Positions 28,842 to 39,924 are shown, numbered from the stretch's first letter. The stretch: 64,000 nucleotides of DNA from an uncultured Spirochaetota bacterium (GCA_963783575.1 CAWAOD010000013.1:96001-160000), one strand, 5' to 3'. Notes: generated by a model from the letters alone, not told the origin. Made by a program: numbers and translations.

Positions 28842-31561
28842 TTATTTCAGGTTCTTTTTGATTTCGGATAAAAATGTGATTGCTTCTATAGGTGTGATCG
28901 AATTGATATCAAGATTTTTTATTTTATCAGCTAGGTTTTTATAAGGATCTTCGGGAAATAACTCAAGCTCCGAAGCCTTTTTCGGATTTGACTCTGTTCT
29001 CCCAAACTGCCTGTCGAAGGCGCTCTCTATCCTGTTTTTTGCCTGGTTCCCTCCTGTTTCCAGGGCTTCCAGAATTATTTTCGATCTTTCTATAATCTCT
29101 GAAGGAATACCCGCCAGCTTGGCCACATAAATACCGTAACTTTTGTCCGCAGGCCCCGCAATCACCTTCCTTAAAAAAACAAGCTCGTCATTATATTCTC
29201 TAACGGCTATATTATAATTTATGATCCCTTTCTTTTCACCCAGTTTTGTCAGTTCATGATAATGTGTGGCGAAAAGGGTTTTACCGCCCTTTTCAGGATG
29301 CTCGTGAAGGTATTCTATAACCGACCATGCAATTGAAAGCCCGTCGAATGTTGATGTGCCGCGCCCCAATTCGTCCATTATAATAAGGCTTCTTGAGGTC
29401 GAATTCCTCAAAATGTTAGCGGCCTCCTGCATCTCGACAAGGAAAGTTGACTGGCCCTGGGAAAGGTTGTCCGAAGCTCCGATCCTTGTAAAAATCTTAT
29501 CAATAATTCCGATCTTTGCTTTCCTTGCCGGGACAAAGCTGCCCATCTGGGCCATAACCGCAATCAGGGCATTCTGCCGTAAGTATGTCGATTTACCGGC
29601 CATATTCGGCCCGGTAAGTATCATAATACGATTATCGCCGTTGTCCAGGTTCACATCATTCGGGACGAAGAGATTATGCCCCAGGTATTTTTCAACTACC
29701 GGATGCCTTCCCTCAAGAACCTGAAAATCATCTTCCATATCTACAACGGGTTTTATATAATTATTTTCTTTTGCAGTTACGGCGAGGCAGGAGTAAACAT
29801 CTATCAGGGCGGTAAGTCCGGATATTTTCTGAAGGTTTGTCGTGAACTCGCCGATTTTCTCCAGAACATCGTTAAACAATTCCTCCTCAAGCTTCGCTAT
29901 CTTTTCACCGGCAGCCGAAATTTGCGCCTCATAATCCGACAATTCGGGAACCGTGTACCTTTCAGCGTTCACAAGACTCTGTTTGCGGATGTAATGTGAA
30001 GGGACACTCTCAATGTTCGCCTTGCTTACTTCAATAAAATAACCGAAAATGTTATTGTATTTTATTTTGAGAGATGAAATCCCGGTTTTCTCCCTTTCAA
30101 GGTTCTGAAGGCGGATAATCCAGTTTTTCCCTTCTTTAAGAACCTTCCTGTATTTATCCAGCTCCTCATGGTACCCTTCTCGGATAACCTCGCCGTTGAA
30201 AACCGTGGAAGGCTCATCATTTATCGCAAGATCGATTAAACCGGATACTGAAGGCAATTCCTCAATCTGTCCCGCAAGGACTTTCAATTCTCCATTCAAA
30301 ATAAGGAGATTTTTGAGCTCTATTGTTTTTTTTAGCGATATGGAAAGCGCAGGAAGGTCCTGGGAATAGCTTTTTTCAGCGCTATCCTTGCGGTAAGCCT
30401 GTCAAGATCGTTAATTCGCTTCAGGATTTCACGGGTATTTGCGGTAAGGATGGTATCGTCAAAAAAAGCCTCTGTGTAATTCTGTCTTTCGTAGATTTTT
30501 TTGCAGTCGCTTAATGGCATCACGATCCAGCGCCGCAGGAGCCTGCCACCCATCGGAGTTACGGTGGAATCCAGGATTTCAAGAAGTGTGAAGTTCCTGC
30601 CGCCATCCTGCATATTTTTTACAAGCTCAAGATTTTTGACTGTAAAATCATCCATTTCAACAACGGCGTTTTTGTTAAGGATCCTGATATTGGACAGAAC
30701 AAGATTTATCTTATTTATAAAATCCGGCGCGCCGATACCCTGGGTTTCGTAAAGATAATGAAAAGCCCCCAGGATTGATTTATAGGCCGGTTTATCGTCA
30801 TTAATTTCCACAGGCAGTTTTACGGCTTTACTTTCCAGAGAATTAATATAATCATCGTTAAAATACCACTCGGGATAGCTCCCTGTAAGTGTACCGGTTT
30901 TAGTCAACTCATTTATTATGGCTTTGTCTTCGGATAGTTTTTCATTATATATGATCTCCGACGGAAAAAACCCGGACAATTCGTCCTGAAGACTCCTGTA
31001 TTTATCCAGCGGGTCGGAAAACCACCCGGAGGTTAAGACATTAAAATCCCCTGTCGATATATCGATAAATGTGACCGCAAGGCTTGAAGCCGAGCCGTAA
31101 ACCGAGCAGAGATAATTATTCTTCTTTACATCGATGTAGTTATCGTCTATAACAGTACCGGGCGTTATCACATTCACAATATCACGCTTAACAAGTCCCT
31201 TTGCTTTTGATGGGTCTTCAAGCTGCTCGCAGACGGCCACCTTCTTTCCGGCGCTTATCAATTTAAAGATATAATGGTCGGCGGCATGGTAAGGAAACCC
31301 GGCCATAGGCATTTCATTGCGGGAGGTCAGCGTAATGTGAAGGATTGATACGGCTTCTTTAGCGTCCTCAAAGAACATTTCATAAAAGTCCCCAACCCTG
31401 AAGAGGAGAATTTTGTCGCGGTGCCGTGATTTTATCTCCTGGTACTGCCTGACCATGGGGGTTGAAGGAATTTGCGGGGCCGGTGTGATGCCGGTTTTTT
31501 CACCGGAATCTTCATTTCCCGGTTCTTTTATATCATTTTTTATTTCTTCATCATTTTGCAT
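28842..31561 (-). CDS. mutS: DNA mismatch repair protein MutS, frameshifted as assembled
   Basis: GDFYEMFFEDA in the N-part; TGPNMAGKST, STFLVEM, DELGRGT in the C-part; one base missing near 30360 (AGGAC for AGG-GAC) joins the frames. Confidence 0.95.
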
Positions 31562-31938
31562 TGATTATTACCCGGCCTTTTTTTGTAATAGATATTTTAT
31601 ATTCCCGGATAGAAAATAACAAAAAAGATGGAAAGCATTTTTCTTTTTCCCTGAAAAGCTGCTTCGAACAGATCTGCGGGCACACCAACGTCCTGTTGGC
31701 TCGTAAAAGTAACATTCTTTCCGGGGAAGTCTTACCAAAAGTTGGGGGACTCATCCCCTCTCGAAAAAAATATCTCAAAACAATTTAACAATGTCATGAG
31801 TGCGCCGATACTTTCAACAACGCCAATCTTGACAGCAATGGAGAAATAACTGCGTTTGATATAGACTGGATATTAAAGCCAATTTAAAAAATTTATTTAA
31901 TGTTTATAGTACAATATTAAAATCCGGGAGGTTAGAAA

Positions 31939-32604
31939 ATGGATATTTTTGAAGCTGCTGAAAATGGCAATATTGCTTTTATTAAACATTTTCGAGGCGA
32001 TGTCAACATTACGGATAAAGATGGCAAAACAGCTTTAATTTGGGCGGCCGAATGGGGACATACGAATGCGGTTATAGCATTGGTCAAGGCGAAGGCCGAT
32101 GTCAATGCCGCTGATGAAGACGGAAAGACGGCTTTGATGTGGGCGGCATTGAAAGGCGCCCCTCAGGGAGTAGTAAAAACATTAATCAAAGCGGGCGCCG
32201 ATGTCAACGCTGTGGATGTGGACGGCTGGACAGCTTTGATATACGCGGCCGCATATGGTAAAAGAGAAGAAGATACATATGGGTTATTGAAAGCCGCATT
32301 TGTTAATGTTAAGTCGGCGGATAAAATTAATGGTATGACAGGTTTGAAGATGAAGGCAGGGTACGGGCACAAAGACATAGTTAAAACACTTATCAAAGCA
32401 GGGGCCGATGTTAATGTTGTGGATAAAAATGATGGATGGACGGCTTTAATATACGCGGCAAATCGTGGAAATACAAAAATGGTTAAAGCATTGATAGCGG
32501 CAAAAGCCGATATCAACGCAGTGAATAAAGATGGTAAGACGGCTTTGCTTCTGGCTGAAGATCCTGTTATCATCAAGCTTTTAAAAGAAGCCGGGGCGAA
32601 ATAA
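31939..32604 (+). CDS. ankyrin repeat protein
   Basis: repeated DG.TALI.AA..G...VKALIKAGADVN. Confidence 0.95.
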   Translation: MDIFEAAENGNIAFIKHFRGDVNITDKDGKTALIWAAEWGHTNAVIALVKAKADVNAADEDGKTALMWAALKGAPQGVVKTLIKAGADVNAVDVDGWTALIYAAAYGKREEDTYGLLKAAFVNVKSADKINGMTGLKMKAGYGHKDIVKTLIKAGADVNVVDKNDGWTALIYAANRGNTKMVKALIAAKADINAVNKDGKTALLLAEDPVIIKLLKEAGAK

Positions 32605-32605
32605 C

Positions 32606-33780
32606 TCTGCAACATCGTGTTGCTGCCGAACAGAGTTCGGCTGGATGATGACTATTGGGTGGATGTCATGGGACATCCTTGTCCCCAAGGTTACTTGGTT
32701 CGCTTGTTTAAAATTATAATATACTTTCCTCAGAATGATCAGCATTTCCAGGTACGCATGAATCAAATTGCGCTAGCAAAAGTAACATTCTTCCTGCGCT
32801 GTGCTTTCCCGTGAATCTTGTAGAAAAGAACACCGGGAGATTGATAAACAATTCTTTTATGATCAACAAAAATCTGAATTAACCGGTTCTCTATGGTTAT
32901 TGGCCGGTTGTTCAGTAAGGATGAATAATATAACGGAAGCATTATTTCTAATATTCTTTTTTTGAAATATACAACTACTAAGTAAAATATTCCTTAGCAG
33001 GATTAATAAGGAATAATTTATGAATATTAAGACAGAAAAATCTATTTTTATACAATATTTCATTTCTAATGAATGCTATCTGCAAAATTCCCCTCGATAC
33101 GGAAATCGCTATTGTCTTAAGTGAAGAACTTGAAATTGAAATAACCACTGATATGGTAGAAAGTGCGAGAGGAAAAGAGGAAGGCATAAACCAAATAGTA
33201 AAGAACAATAATTCAAAGATAGAAAAAAGCCAAATATAGCAGAAAAACTATTTGAAAATTTGTTCAAGAAATATTCGCAGGATAAGGATAATACATTTTT
33301 TGAAAGGCCGATTTTTATAGTTATTGATAAAATTGCAGAACTTGCGGCTCTTAACCATCCTCCGGTAAATAGACAGATTGAATTGGAAAATAAAAATTTT
33401 ATTGAAAATATTTTAAAAACAAAGCATAAATGAAATAGTTTTAATTTGGTTAATCGTTTATTCCCGAGCTTAGTATTAATAAACAAAACCCGTTTAAACG
33501 CCCTCCGCAGCATTAGCACCATTTCTGATTGAGCTTTTGTGTGGTTAAATAGGAATCTCTGTATTAATACTGTTGTTATTCCCATTTAATAATAAGAAAA
33601 TCTTTTATAAAACCCGGAATAACAACGCCAAAATTCTAAAAGCTTTTATTTAATATATCATTCCCCCTTAATAAATAATCTATTATTTACTTTAACCAAG
33701 AGAACAGGATGTTCAATGGAACTTTTTATAGACTATGCAGATAGCCGAACGCTAGTTCGGCAGCAACACGATGTTGCAGA
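32606..33780. mobile_element. inverted-repeat-bounded element carrying a decayed gene
   Basis: 26-bp perfect IR TCTGCAACATCGTGTTGCTGCCGAAC at both ends, extending imperfectly to about 37 bp; interior has broken plus-strand coding fragments. Confidence 0.7.
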
Positions 33781-33883
33781 AATGGTGCTAATGTAAAGGA
33801 GCGGTTCTTTCTTTCGCTTCCTTTCATTCTGTCCGCAACAGAAAGAAAGGAAGAAAGCCATATGCCGTGGCTTTACGGTAAAA

Positions 33884-34585
33884 TTATTTTTTATCCCGCT
33901 GCGCTTCCGCCTCGCTCATCCTTAGATAAACCGGAGAAATGTCTTTAACATCACTTATGATCAAAGGATCTTTTGCCGCTTTTTCAAGCGCCTGACGGCA
34001 GATGATATTTCCCCGGATAAAAGCATCGGGCATAAAATGAATTATTTTGCCAGGAATATTCTGAAATATAGAGCCATGCCGCTGAATACCGTCACCTAAA
34101 ATCATTATATTTTCTTCATCAAATTTCATGATCATATTCCTAAGTTTCGCAGGTTCAATGTCCATATCTTCTGAAATTTTTCCCCCATTCCTGTAAATTG
34201 CCGTAAAAACCTTGTTCATTCTCGCGTCGGTCATCGGTATGGAAATGACATTTTTGTCTGCAACTTTAATACCGGCTGAATCGGTTAAAAGATCAAGGGA
34301 TGAAAGCGGGATAATTTTTTTTGAAAGGCTCCATGCCATTGATTTTACAGCGGCTATCCCTATCCTTAAACCGGTGAAGGAACCTGGCCCGATTCCGACG
34401 GCAAAAACATCGACATCTTTAATATCTTTTTTCAGGATTTTCAATCCCGAATCGATGGCAAAAAATAATTTTTCTTCCTGGCTTAATGGTGCTTTAAGGT
34501 TTATTTCCATCATTTCTTCATTGGAAAAATAAAAGCCGATGGATGTGTAGGTTGCGGATGATGTATCGATTCCAAGTATTGTCAT
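33884..34585 (-). CDS. tsaB: tRNA threonylcarbamoyladenosine biosynthesis protein TsaB
   Basis: ILGIDTS, GIGPGSFTGLRIG, DARM, PVYLRMSEAE. Confidence 0.95.
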   Translation of the reverse strand: MTILGIDTSSATYTSIGFYFSNEEMMEINLKAPLSQEEKLFFAIDSGLKILKKDIKDVDVFAVGIGPGSFTGLRIGIAAVKSMAWSLSKKIIPLSSLDLLTDSAGIKVADKNVISIPMTDARMNKVFTAIYRNGGKISEDMDIEPAKLRNMIMKFDEENIMILGDGIQRHGSIFQNIPGKIIHFMPDAFIRGNIICRQALEKAAKDPLIISDVKDISPVYLRMSEAEAQRDKK

Positions 34586-35136
34586 AATGAAGCCTCTAAA
34601 TTTTTCCGGAAAATGGATAATCTTGTATCCCCGTAATCTTTTTGTTCTTTAAAAAATGGATAATATGATAGGTCATCCCTGCTGCTGTGCTCTGCAATAA
34701 AGATCCCGCCCTCTTTCAGGCAGGATAAGGCTATCTGAAATATTTCATCGAAATATGGCTTTAAATCAATGTAAAATGGGTCCGCGAAAACAATATCAAA
34801 AAGCTTGTCACCGAGAATTTCGTTATCCAGCTGGGTAACATTGTGTTTTATAGTCCTGTAAGATGATTTATCCTGAACAATGGATTCAAGGTTATTTTTG
34901 AGTATGGAATAAGCCTTGCCCGCGCTTTCGACAAAACATACAAAACCGGCTCCGTTGCTAAGTGCTTCAATGCCTATAGCGCCGGTACCGCAAAATAAAT
35001 CCAGAAACCTTGAATGTTTTAACTTGTTCTGCAGAATATTCATTACAGCCTGTCTGACTTTATCCGTTGTCGGCTTAATACCGGATTTCGGTACGATAAG
35101 GCTTTTGCCTTTATATATACCCGAAGCGATTTTCAT
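34582..35136 (-). CDS. rsmD: 16S rRNA m2G966 methyltransferase
   Basis: MKIASG.YKG, KPTTDKVR, LDLFCGTGAIGIEALS.GA, DPFY. Confidence 0.92.
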   Translation of the reverse strand: MKIASGIYKGKSLIVPKSGIKPTTDKVRQAVMNILQNKLKHSRFLDLFCGTGAIGIEALSNGAGFVCFVESAGKAYSILKNNLESIVQDKSSYRTIKHNVTQLDNEILGDKLFDIVFADPFYIDLKPYFDEIFQIALSCLKEGGIFIAEHSSRDDLSYYPFFKEQKDYGDTRLSIFRKNLEASL

Positions 35137-35150
35137 AATACTTAATTACC

Positions 35151-35867
35151 CTAAGAACTGCTGCCGGCGTTGATAAGCGTCCCGGCTTTCTCGCCAAGTA
35201 TCGCGTTTTTAATGTTCCCCTCGGTAAAGATATTAAGGATCATTATGGGAAGATTATTCTCCATGCAAAGCGTAATTGCCGTTGAGTCAACAATCCGTAA
35301 CTGCTGGTTCAGAACTTCCTGATAGCTGATCTCATTGAATTTAACCGCATCTGAAAATTTTTTAGGATCTTTATTATAAACCCCGTCAACTTTTGTCGCT
35401 TTCATCATAATTTCAGCGTTTATTTCAATGGCCCTAAGGGCTGCCGCGGTATCGGTTGAAAAATAAGGATTACCGGTCCCGCCCGCGAAAATAACAATTC
35501 TTCCTTTTTCAAGATGCCGGATTGCCCGCCTGCGTATAAAGCTTTCGGCAACCGACGAGACTGTAATGGCCGATTGAACCCTGGTTTGAAGGTGGAATTT
35601 TTCTTCCAGAACGGCCTGAAGGGCAAGTGAATTTATGACCGTGGCGAGCATGCCCATATAATCCGCGGTTGTTCTGATTACGCCGAAATCTTCCGCGTCT
35701 ATTCCGCGGATGATATTTCCGCCCCCGACGACAACACCAAGATCAACATTGAGAGAGCTGGCTTCGGCTATCTGCTTGGCAACTTCGCTGATTGCCTGAT
35801 AATCAAGGCCGCCTTTTGTTCCCCCGAATACTTCGCCGCTTACTTTCAGCAGGACCCTTTTATACAT
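35151..35867 (-). CDS. pyrH: UMP kinase
   Basis: YKRVLLKVSGE, GGGNI, DYMGMLAT, GTGNPYFSTD; start ATG 35867 after GGAGG. Confidence 0.97.
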   Translation of the reverse strand: MYKRVLLKVSGEVFGGTKGGLDYQAISEVAKQIAEASSLNVDLGVVVGGGNIIRGIDAEDFGVIRTTADYMGMLATVINSLALQAVLEEKFHLQTRVQSAITVSSVAESFIRRRAIRHLEKGRIVIFAGGTGNPYFSTDTAAALRAIEINAEIMMKATKVDGVYNKDPKKFSDAVKFNEISYQEVLNQQLRIVDSTAITLCMENNLPIMILNIFTEGNIKNAILGEKAGTLINAGSSS

Positions 35868-35909
35868 ACAGCCTCCTTTTTTATTGATTAAAGGAAGAAC
35901 CAACCGTTC

Positions 35910-35938
35910 AAAAAAAAACCCCTCAAACTGAGGGGCTT
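35910..35938 (-). terminator. intrinsic terminator after tsf
   Basis: minus strand GCCCCTCA-GTT-TGAGGGGT followed by a T run. Confidence 0.8.
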
Positions 35939-35943
35939 AATCT

Positions 35944-36777
35944 TTATAAAGAAGCTCTGACGAAAGTGTTAATTTTAAAAGTAACACCTTTAGTTTTTAT
36001 AAAATCATTTAAAATTGACCTGACTTTCTTTTCTTCATCCAGAATAAATAGCTGTTCCAGTAATATGGATTCGTTATAAAACTTTTCCAGTTTTCCTTTT
36101 ACGATGTTTTCAAGTATTTTTTCCGGTTTGCCGGTTGCTTTGGCTTCTTCCATAAACACCGATTTCAACTCGGCAAGCTTATCGGAAGGAATAGTATCAG
36201 TATCGACCGCTACAGGATTCATCGCGGTAATCTGCATCGCTATATTCTTCTGTAATTGCTTGATATCATCATCGATATTGTCCGTTTCAAAATCAACAAT
36301 TACGCCGATCTTGTTAGGACGTAATGAATCCGAATGCATGTAAGGGTATAATTCTCCCTTTGCTTTAATGAACTTCCATTCCGAAATCAGGATGTTTTCT
36401 CCAAGCTTCGCGATGGCATTCCTTCTGAGGTTCTCCAATTCTTCAGGCAATGCTGAAGAGAAAGCGGAATCTTTTTTAAAAATCAATTCCGTAGCATCTT
36501 TGACAAAACTTTTAAAATCTTCCGTCTTGGCCACAAAATCGGTTTCGCAATTTATCTTCACTACCAGGCCTTTTTTGCCCTCTATTTTACACGATACAAT
36601 CCCTTCGTTAGCGGCTCTTCCAACTTTTTTATCGGCTTTATTCAGACCTTTTTTCCTTAAAATTTCTACGGCTTTCTGCATATCCCCGCCGGTTTCTACA
36701 AGTGTCCGTTTGCAGTCTACCAATCCTGCTCCGGTCTTTTCCTGTAACTCTTTTATCAAACTTACGCTAATTTCCAT
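35944..36777 (-). CDS. tsf: elongation factor Ts
   Basis: IKELQEKTGAG..DCK, NCETDFVA, GKPEKILENIVKGK. Confidence 0.97.
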   Translation of the reverse strand: MEISVSLIKELQEKTGAGLVDCKRTLVETGGDMQKAVEILRKKGLNKADKKVGRAANEGIVSCKIEGKKGLVVKINCETDFVAKTEDFKSFVKDATELIFKKDSAFSSALPEELENLRRNAIAKLGENILISEWKFIKAKGELYPYMHSDSLRPNKIGVIVDFETDNIDDDIKQLQKNIAMQITAMNPVAVDTDTIPSDKLAELKSVFMEEAKATGKPEKILENIVKGKLEKFYNESILLEQLFILDEEKKVRSILNDFIKTKGVTFKINTFVRASL

Positions 36778-36795
36778 AATTTCTCCCTGCACGAT

Positions 36796-37605
36796 TTATA
36801 TTTTCTTTATCAGCTCTTCTTCTATAGCTTCAGCCTCATCAATATCGGCTGTTTCGGATGTTTCATCCAGGACTTCTTCAATTTCCTGCTCCACGTCTTT
36901 CTTAGCCGCAAAAGTCGACCCTTCAATAACGGCATCGGCTATTACGGAAGTCAAAAGCTTAACCGAACGGATAGCGTCGTCATTACCGGGAACGACATAG
37001 TCCAGCAAATCAGGATCGCAGTTAGTATCGGCAATACCGAAAACCTTTACTCCGAGGGCTTTAGCTTCCATAATGGCGTTTATTTCCCTTTTAACATCGA
37101 CAACCCACATCGCATCGGGGATTTTTTTCATATCACGAACGCCTTCGTAGAAGGATTTCATTTTGGTAATTTCTCTTTCAATTTCAAGAGCATCCCTTTT
37201 TGATATGCTTTCCCTTTCACTTTCCAGCTTTTTCTCAAGCCTTTTTAGTTTGTCAATGCTTTTTTTAATGGTTGAATAGTTTGTCAGCGTACCGCCGAGC
37301 CATCTTTTTGTAACATAAGGCATTCCGCAGCGGGAAGCCTCTTCCAGAACCGAACTCTGTGCCTGTTTTTTTGTCCCGACAAACAGAACGGTTCCATCTC
37401 TTGATATCAATTCCTTCATAGAATTGTAAGCTTCTTTAAGCTTGTCCATGGTAAACCGTAAATCTATGATATAAATTCCGTTCCTCTTCATAAAAATAAA
37501 CTGCTTCATTTTCGGATTCCATCTTTTTGTCTGATGCCCGAAATGAACTCCAGCTTCCAGTAAACCACTCATCAGTGCTTTTTCGTCATAGATTATACTT
37601 GCCAT
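36796..37605 (-). CDS. rpsB: 30S ribosomal protein S2
   Basis: LLEAGVHFGHQTKRWNPKM, RWLGGTLTN, DTNCDPD, PGNDDAIRS. Confidence 0.98.
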   Translation of the reverse strand: MASIIYDEKALMSGLLEAGVHFGHQTKRWNPKMKQFIFMKRNGIYIIDLRFTMDKLKEAYNSMKELISRDGTVLFVGTKKQAQSSVLEEASRCGMPYVTKRWLGGTLTNYSTIKKSIDKLKRLEKKLESERESISKRDALEIEREITKMKSFYEGVRDMKKIPDAMWVVDVKREINAIMEAKALGVKVFGIADTNCDPDLLDYVVPGNDDAIRSVKLLTSVIADAVIEGSTFAAKKDVEQEIEEVLDETSETADIDEAEAIEEELIKKI

Positions 37606-37673
37606 ATCTTCACTTTTCCTCCACATGAATTTTAAATAATTAATTTAAGGGGAATAATGATTTATGTCAAATT

Positions 37674-38948
37674 TTAAACGGAATATGTTCCAAAAAGGCG
37701 GTATATTTTAGCGAACTCGGGATTATTTAAAACGGTGAGTTGAAATGCAAGTTCAATTTCCTCGGGTTGAAAAATGCCGTAAAAAAACTCAATGTCCGAT
37801 GAGAAAAAATTTTCCTGTTCGTCAGATATCTCAAAAGGTGAAGCAATAACGTATTGAGAAGTATTTTTTAAGAATGATGAAGTGATACCTCCGGCAAACA
37901 TTCCGGTTTTACAGCAATTTAAAAAAGCAAAGCCTATATTATCAGCGAAAGGCAGTTCTTCAAGAAGTTTTCCCTCAATTTCAATCAAACCTTTTTCTCC
38001 TATTAATTCTCCATGGCCCGAAAAATGAAAATAATGGGCATTCCTGAGCCCTGTTTTATAATCTGAGAAATTATCGGATGAAAAACATTCGGCTTCATAA
38101 TGTGATTTCACAAGCTGATATAAATTGAATACTTCTTCCCGGGAATTGTTCAGGCGGTTTGAGTAAATAAAGGAGAACCCCCCTGTTTTTTTTAATAAAC
38201 CTGGTTTCCGGTCTATAACCGGAACTAAATTTTTAATATACAGGCTGCCGGATAAAAACTCAAACGGCATGTAAAGGTTTTTATCCTCCCAGAGGATAGA
38301 AAGGCGGTTGCTACGATTCATCCGGCTTTTGTCTTTATCAAAGAGCAAATCAATAAAACCCGGGCTGCTTTTTTCAAATACATCGCGTATTGTTGAAAAA
38401 TGCTCGATTAAATCTTCCCTTCGATTGTTTTTAATCGAAAAATCGGCATTATCCATTATATCATGAAATTCATTTTCAAGTTTTTTCCAGTCATTCCAGT
38501 TAATATAATTTTCCCTGAAAATATTACCCGCCGGATCTATAAAAATAAACCGGACATACATATCCTTTTTTGTTTTAATATGAAGAATATTATCAGGCAT
38601 ATCAAGGTTCCGACCAAATTGGGAAATTTTTTCGAGGTATGTCAAATCAAGGCATAAAAAATCCCGGTTTGCGAATAATACGTTTATGATTCTTTTATGA
38701 ATGGGAAGTTCTTTTAGAGGCTGCCCTTTTATATTCCACCCGGTAAAAGTTTTATCATTTGAAGAATGGATCTGTTCAATATTTATTATACGAAAAAGGT
38801 TCAACTTTTCACTTGAAAATAATGCTGCCATATCTCCCTGATTAAGGGCCGGGTTAATATCCGGCAGGGAGATGGTTGTTTCAAGCAGTTGTTTTGAAAT
38901 CTTTAGATTAGAGCCTTTCAGGCATAATATCCGTTTTACCCCGGCCAT
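37674..38948 (-). CDS. CHAT (caspase-like) domain protein
   Basis: MPFEFL, FHFSGHG and FLNCC catalytic His/Cys motifs. Confidence 0.75.
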   Translation of the reverse strand: MAGVKRILCLKGSNLKISKQLLETTISLPDINPALNQGDMAALFSSEKLNLFRIINIEQIHSSNDKTFTGWNIKGQPLKELPIHKRIINVLFANRDFLCLDLTYLEKISQFGRNLDMPDNILHIKTKKDMYVRFIFIDPAGNIFRENYINWNDWKKLENEFHDIMDNADFSIKNNRREDLIEHFSTIRDVFEKSSPGFIDLLFDKDKSRMNRSNRLSILWEDKNLYMPFEFLSGSLYIKNLVPVIDRKPGLLKKTGGFSFIYSNRLNNSREEVFNLYQLVKSHYEAECFSSDNFSDYKTGLRNAHYFHFSGHGELIGEKGLIEIEGKLLEELPFADNIGFAFLNCCKTGMFAGGITSSFLKNTSQYVIASPFEISDEQENFFSSDIEFFYGIFQPEEIELAFQLTVLNNPEFAKIYRLFGTYSV

Positions 38949-38958
38949 GATTACCTCT

Positions 38959-39855
38959 TTATTGAGGGGATTTTACTATAACAACGCGGGATTGGTTAAG
39001 GAACTTGACTGTTCTGGGATTTGCGAAAAGGCGGGCCGCGTCTTTTTTGTTTAATACAAGATATGTATTCATCCTTCCTGTTATTGAATAAGGAATGGTA
39101 TAAAAAATATGGGTGCCGCTCCGTGGGGAGTTATAAGCATAGCTGAGGCTTGTAGTATATTCGCAGACGCCGTAATTTTCGAGGGCGTCTTTATCCACAG
39201 TTTCAGGCCCGTAAAGAAGGATGCCGTCCTCATCATAAATCCTCATCTGTATGCTCGGGTTAAACTCTTTATAAGTCATTGTATCAATGATCAGACCGTC
39301 AAAATACTCCATATTTTTTGAGTCTTTCTGTACATAATTTGTCAGCGCAACCTTTTCAATGTCCCGGTAGAAAATACCGGCAATGCCTTCTTTTCCATAC
39401 AGGTTAAGTTCAACCAGCCCCAGGAAATGACCGCTTTGCTGAATAGCAGGATAATAAAACGCGCGGTCGGCATGAGCAATAATTTCGTAACGAACATCGC
39501 TTTTCATTGTATAATAGTCTTTCAGCAAAAAGATGTCAGAAATGCGCACATAGCCCATGGCTTTTATCAGCTTCTGCCTCAATTCGTCCCTGACTTCTGA
39601 ATAATTGTTGTCAACATATCTTCCATAATTTACCGGGCTTTCACTCATAAGGTTATCAATCTGCGATATTACTTTCCCTGTAGTCCAGTTGATGAGGCTG
39701 TCATAGTCGGGAATATTTTCCACAAGCTCATATTTTACCTTTTCACCTTTATTCCAGAGCAAATTAATGCTGTTTGTCTGGGCATTTATTTCATCGGAAA
39801 TCTTTACCGAAATAAAAAAAAGAATAAAAAAGAAAATAGATATTTTTTGCAACAT
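38959..39855 (-). CDS. exported conserved hypothetical protein
   Basis: signal peptide; INWTTG, FDGLIID..FNPS...IYDEDG..LYG, C-terminal RVVIV. Confidence 0.75.
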   Translation of the reverse strand: MLQKISIFFFILFFISVKISDEINAQTNSINLLWNKGEKVKYELVENIPDYDSLINWTTGKVISQIDNLMSESPVNYGRYVDNNYSEVRDELRQKLIKAMGYVRISDIFLLKDYYTMKSDVRYEIIAHADRAFYYPAIQQSGHFLGLVELNLYGKEGIAGIFYRDIEKVALTNYVQKDSKNMEYFDGLIIDTMTYKEFNPSIQMRIYDEDGILLYGPETVDKDALENYGVCEYTTSLSYAYNSPRSGTHIFYTIPYSITGRMNTYLVLNKKDAARLFANPRTVKFLNQSRVVIVKSPQ

Positions 39856-39897
39856 TACCCTCCCGGAAAACTCTAATCTGTAAGATATCCATTCAAT

Positions 39898-39924
39898 TTA
39901 TCGGCCGGATTCTATTTTTATTAA
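39898..39924 (-). promoter_or_regulatory. possible sigma28 promoter
   Basis: minus strand TTAA-N15-GCCGATAA about 45 bp upstream of the 39855 start. Confidence 0.5.

Noticed and set aside
31804..31887. Dockerin/EF-hand-like peptide NANLDSNGEITAFDIDWILK
   Set aside because: Under 35 codons between stops with no start; at best a remnant and possibly chance
33109..33585. 158-aa minus-strand ORF inside the inverted-repeat element
   Set aside because: Composition looks like the reverse of the decayed plus-strand coding fragments; no recognisable motif
36368..37000. 210-aa plus-strand ORF and many similar overlapping ORFs in the track
   Set aside because: Antisense or alternative-frame shadows of well-supported genes, with no motifs
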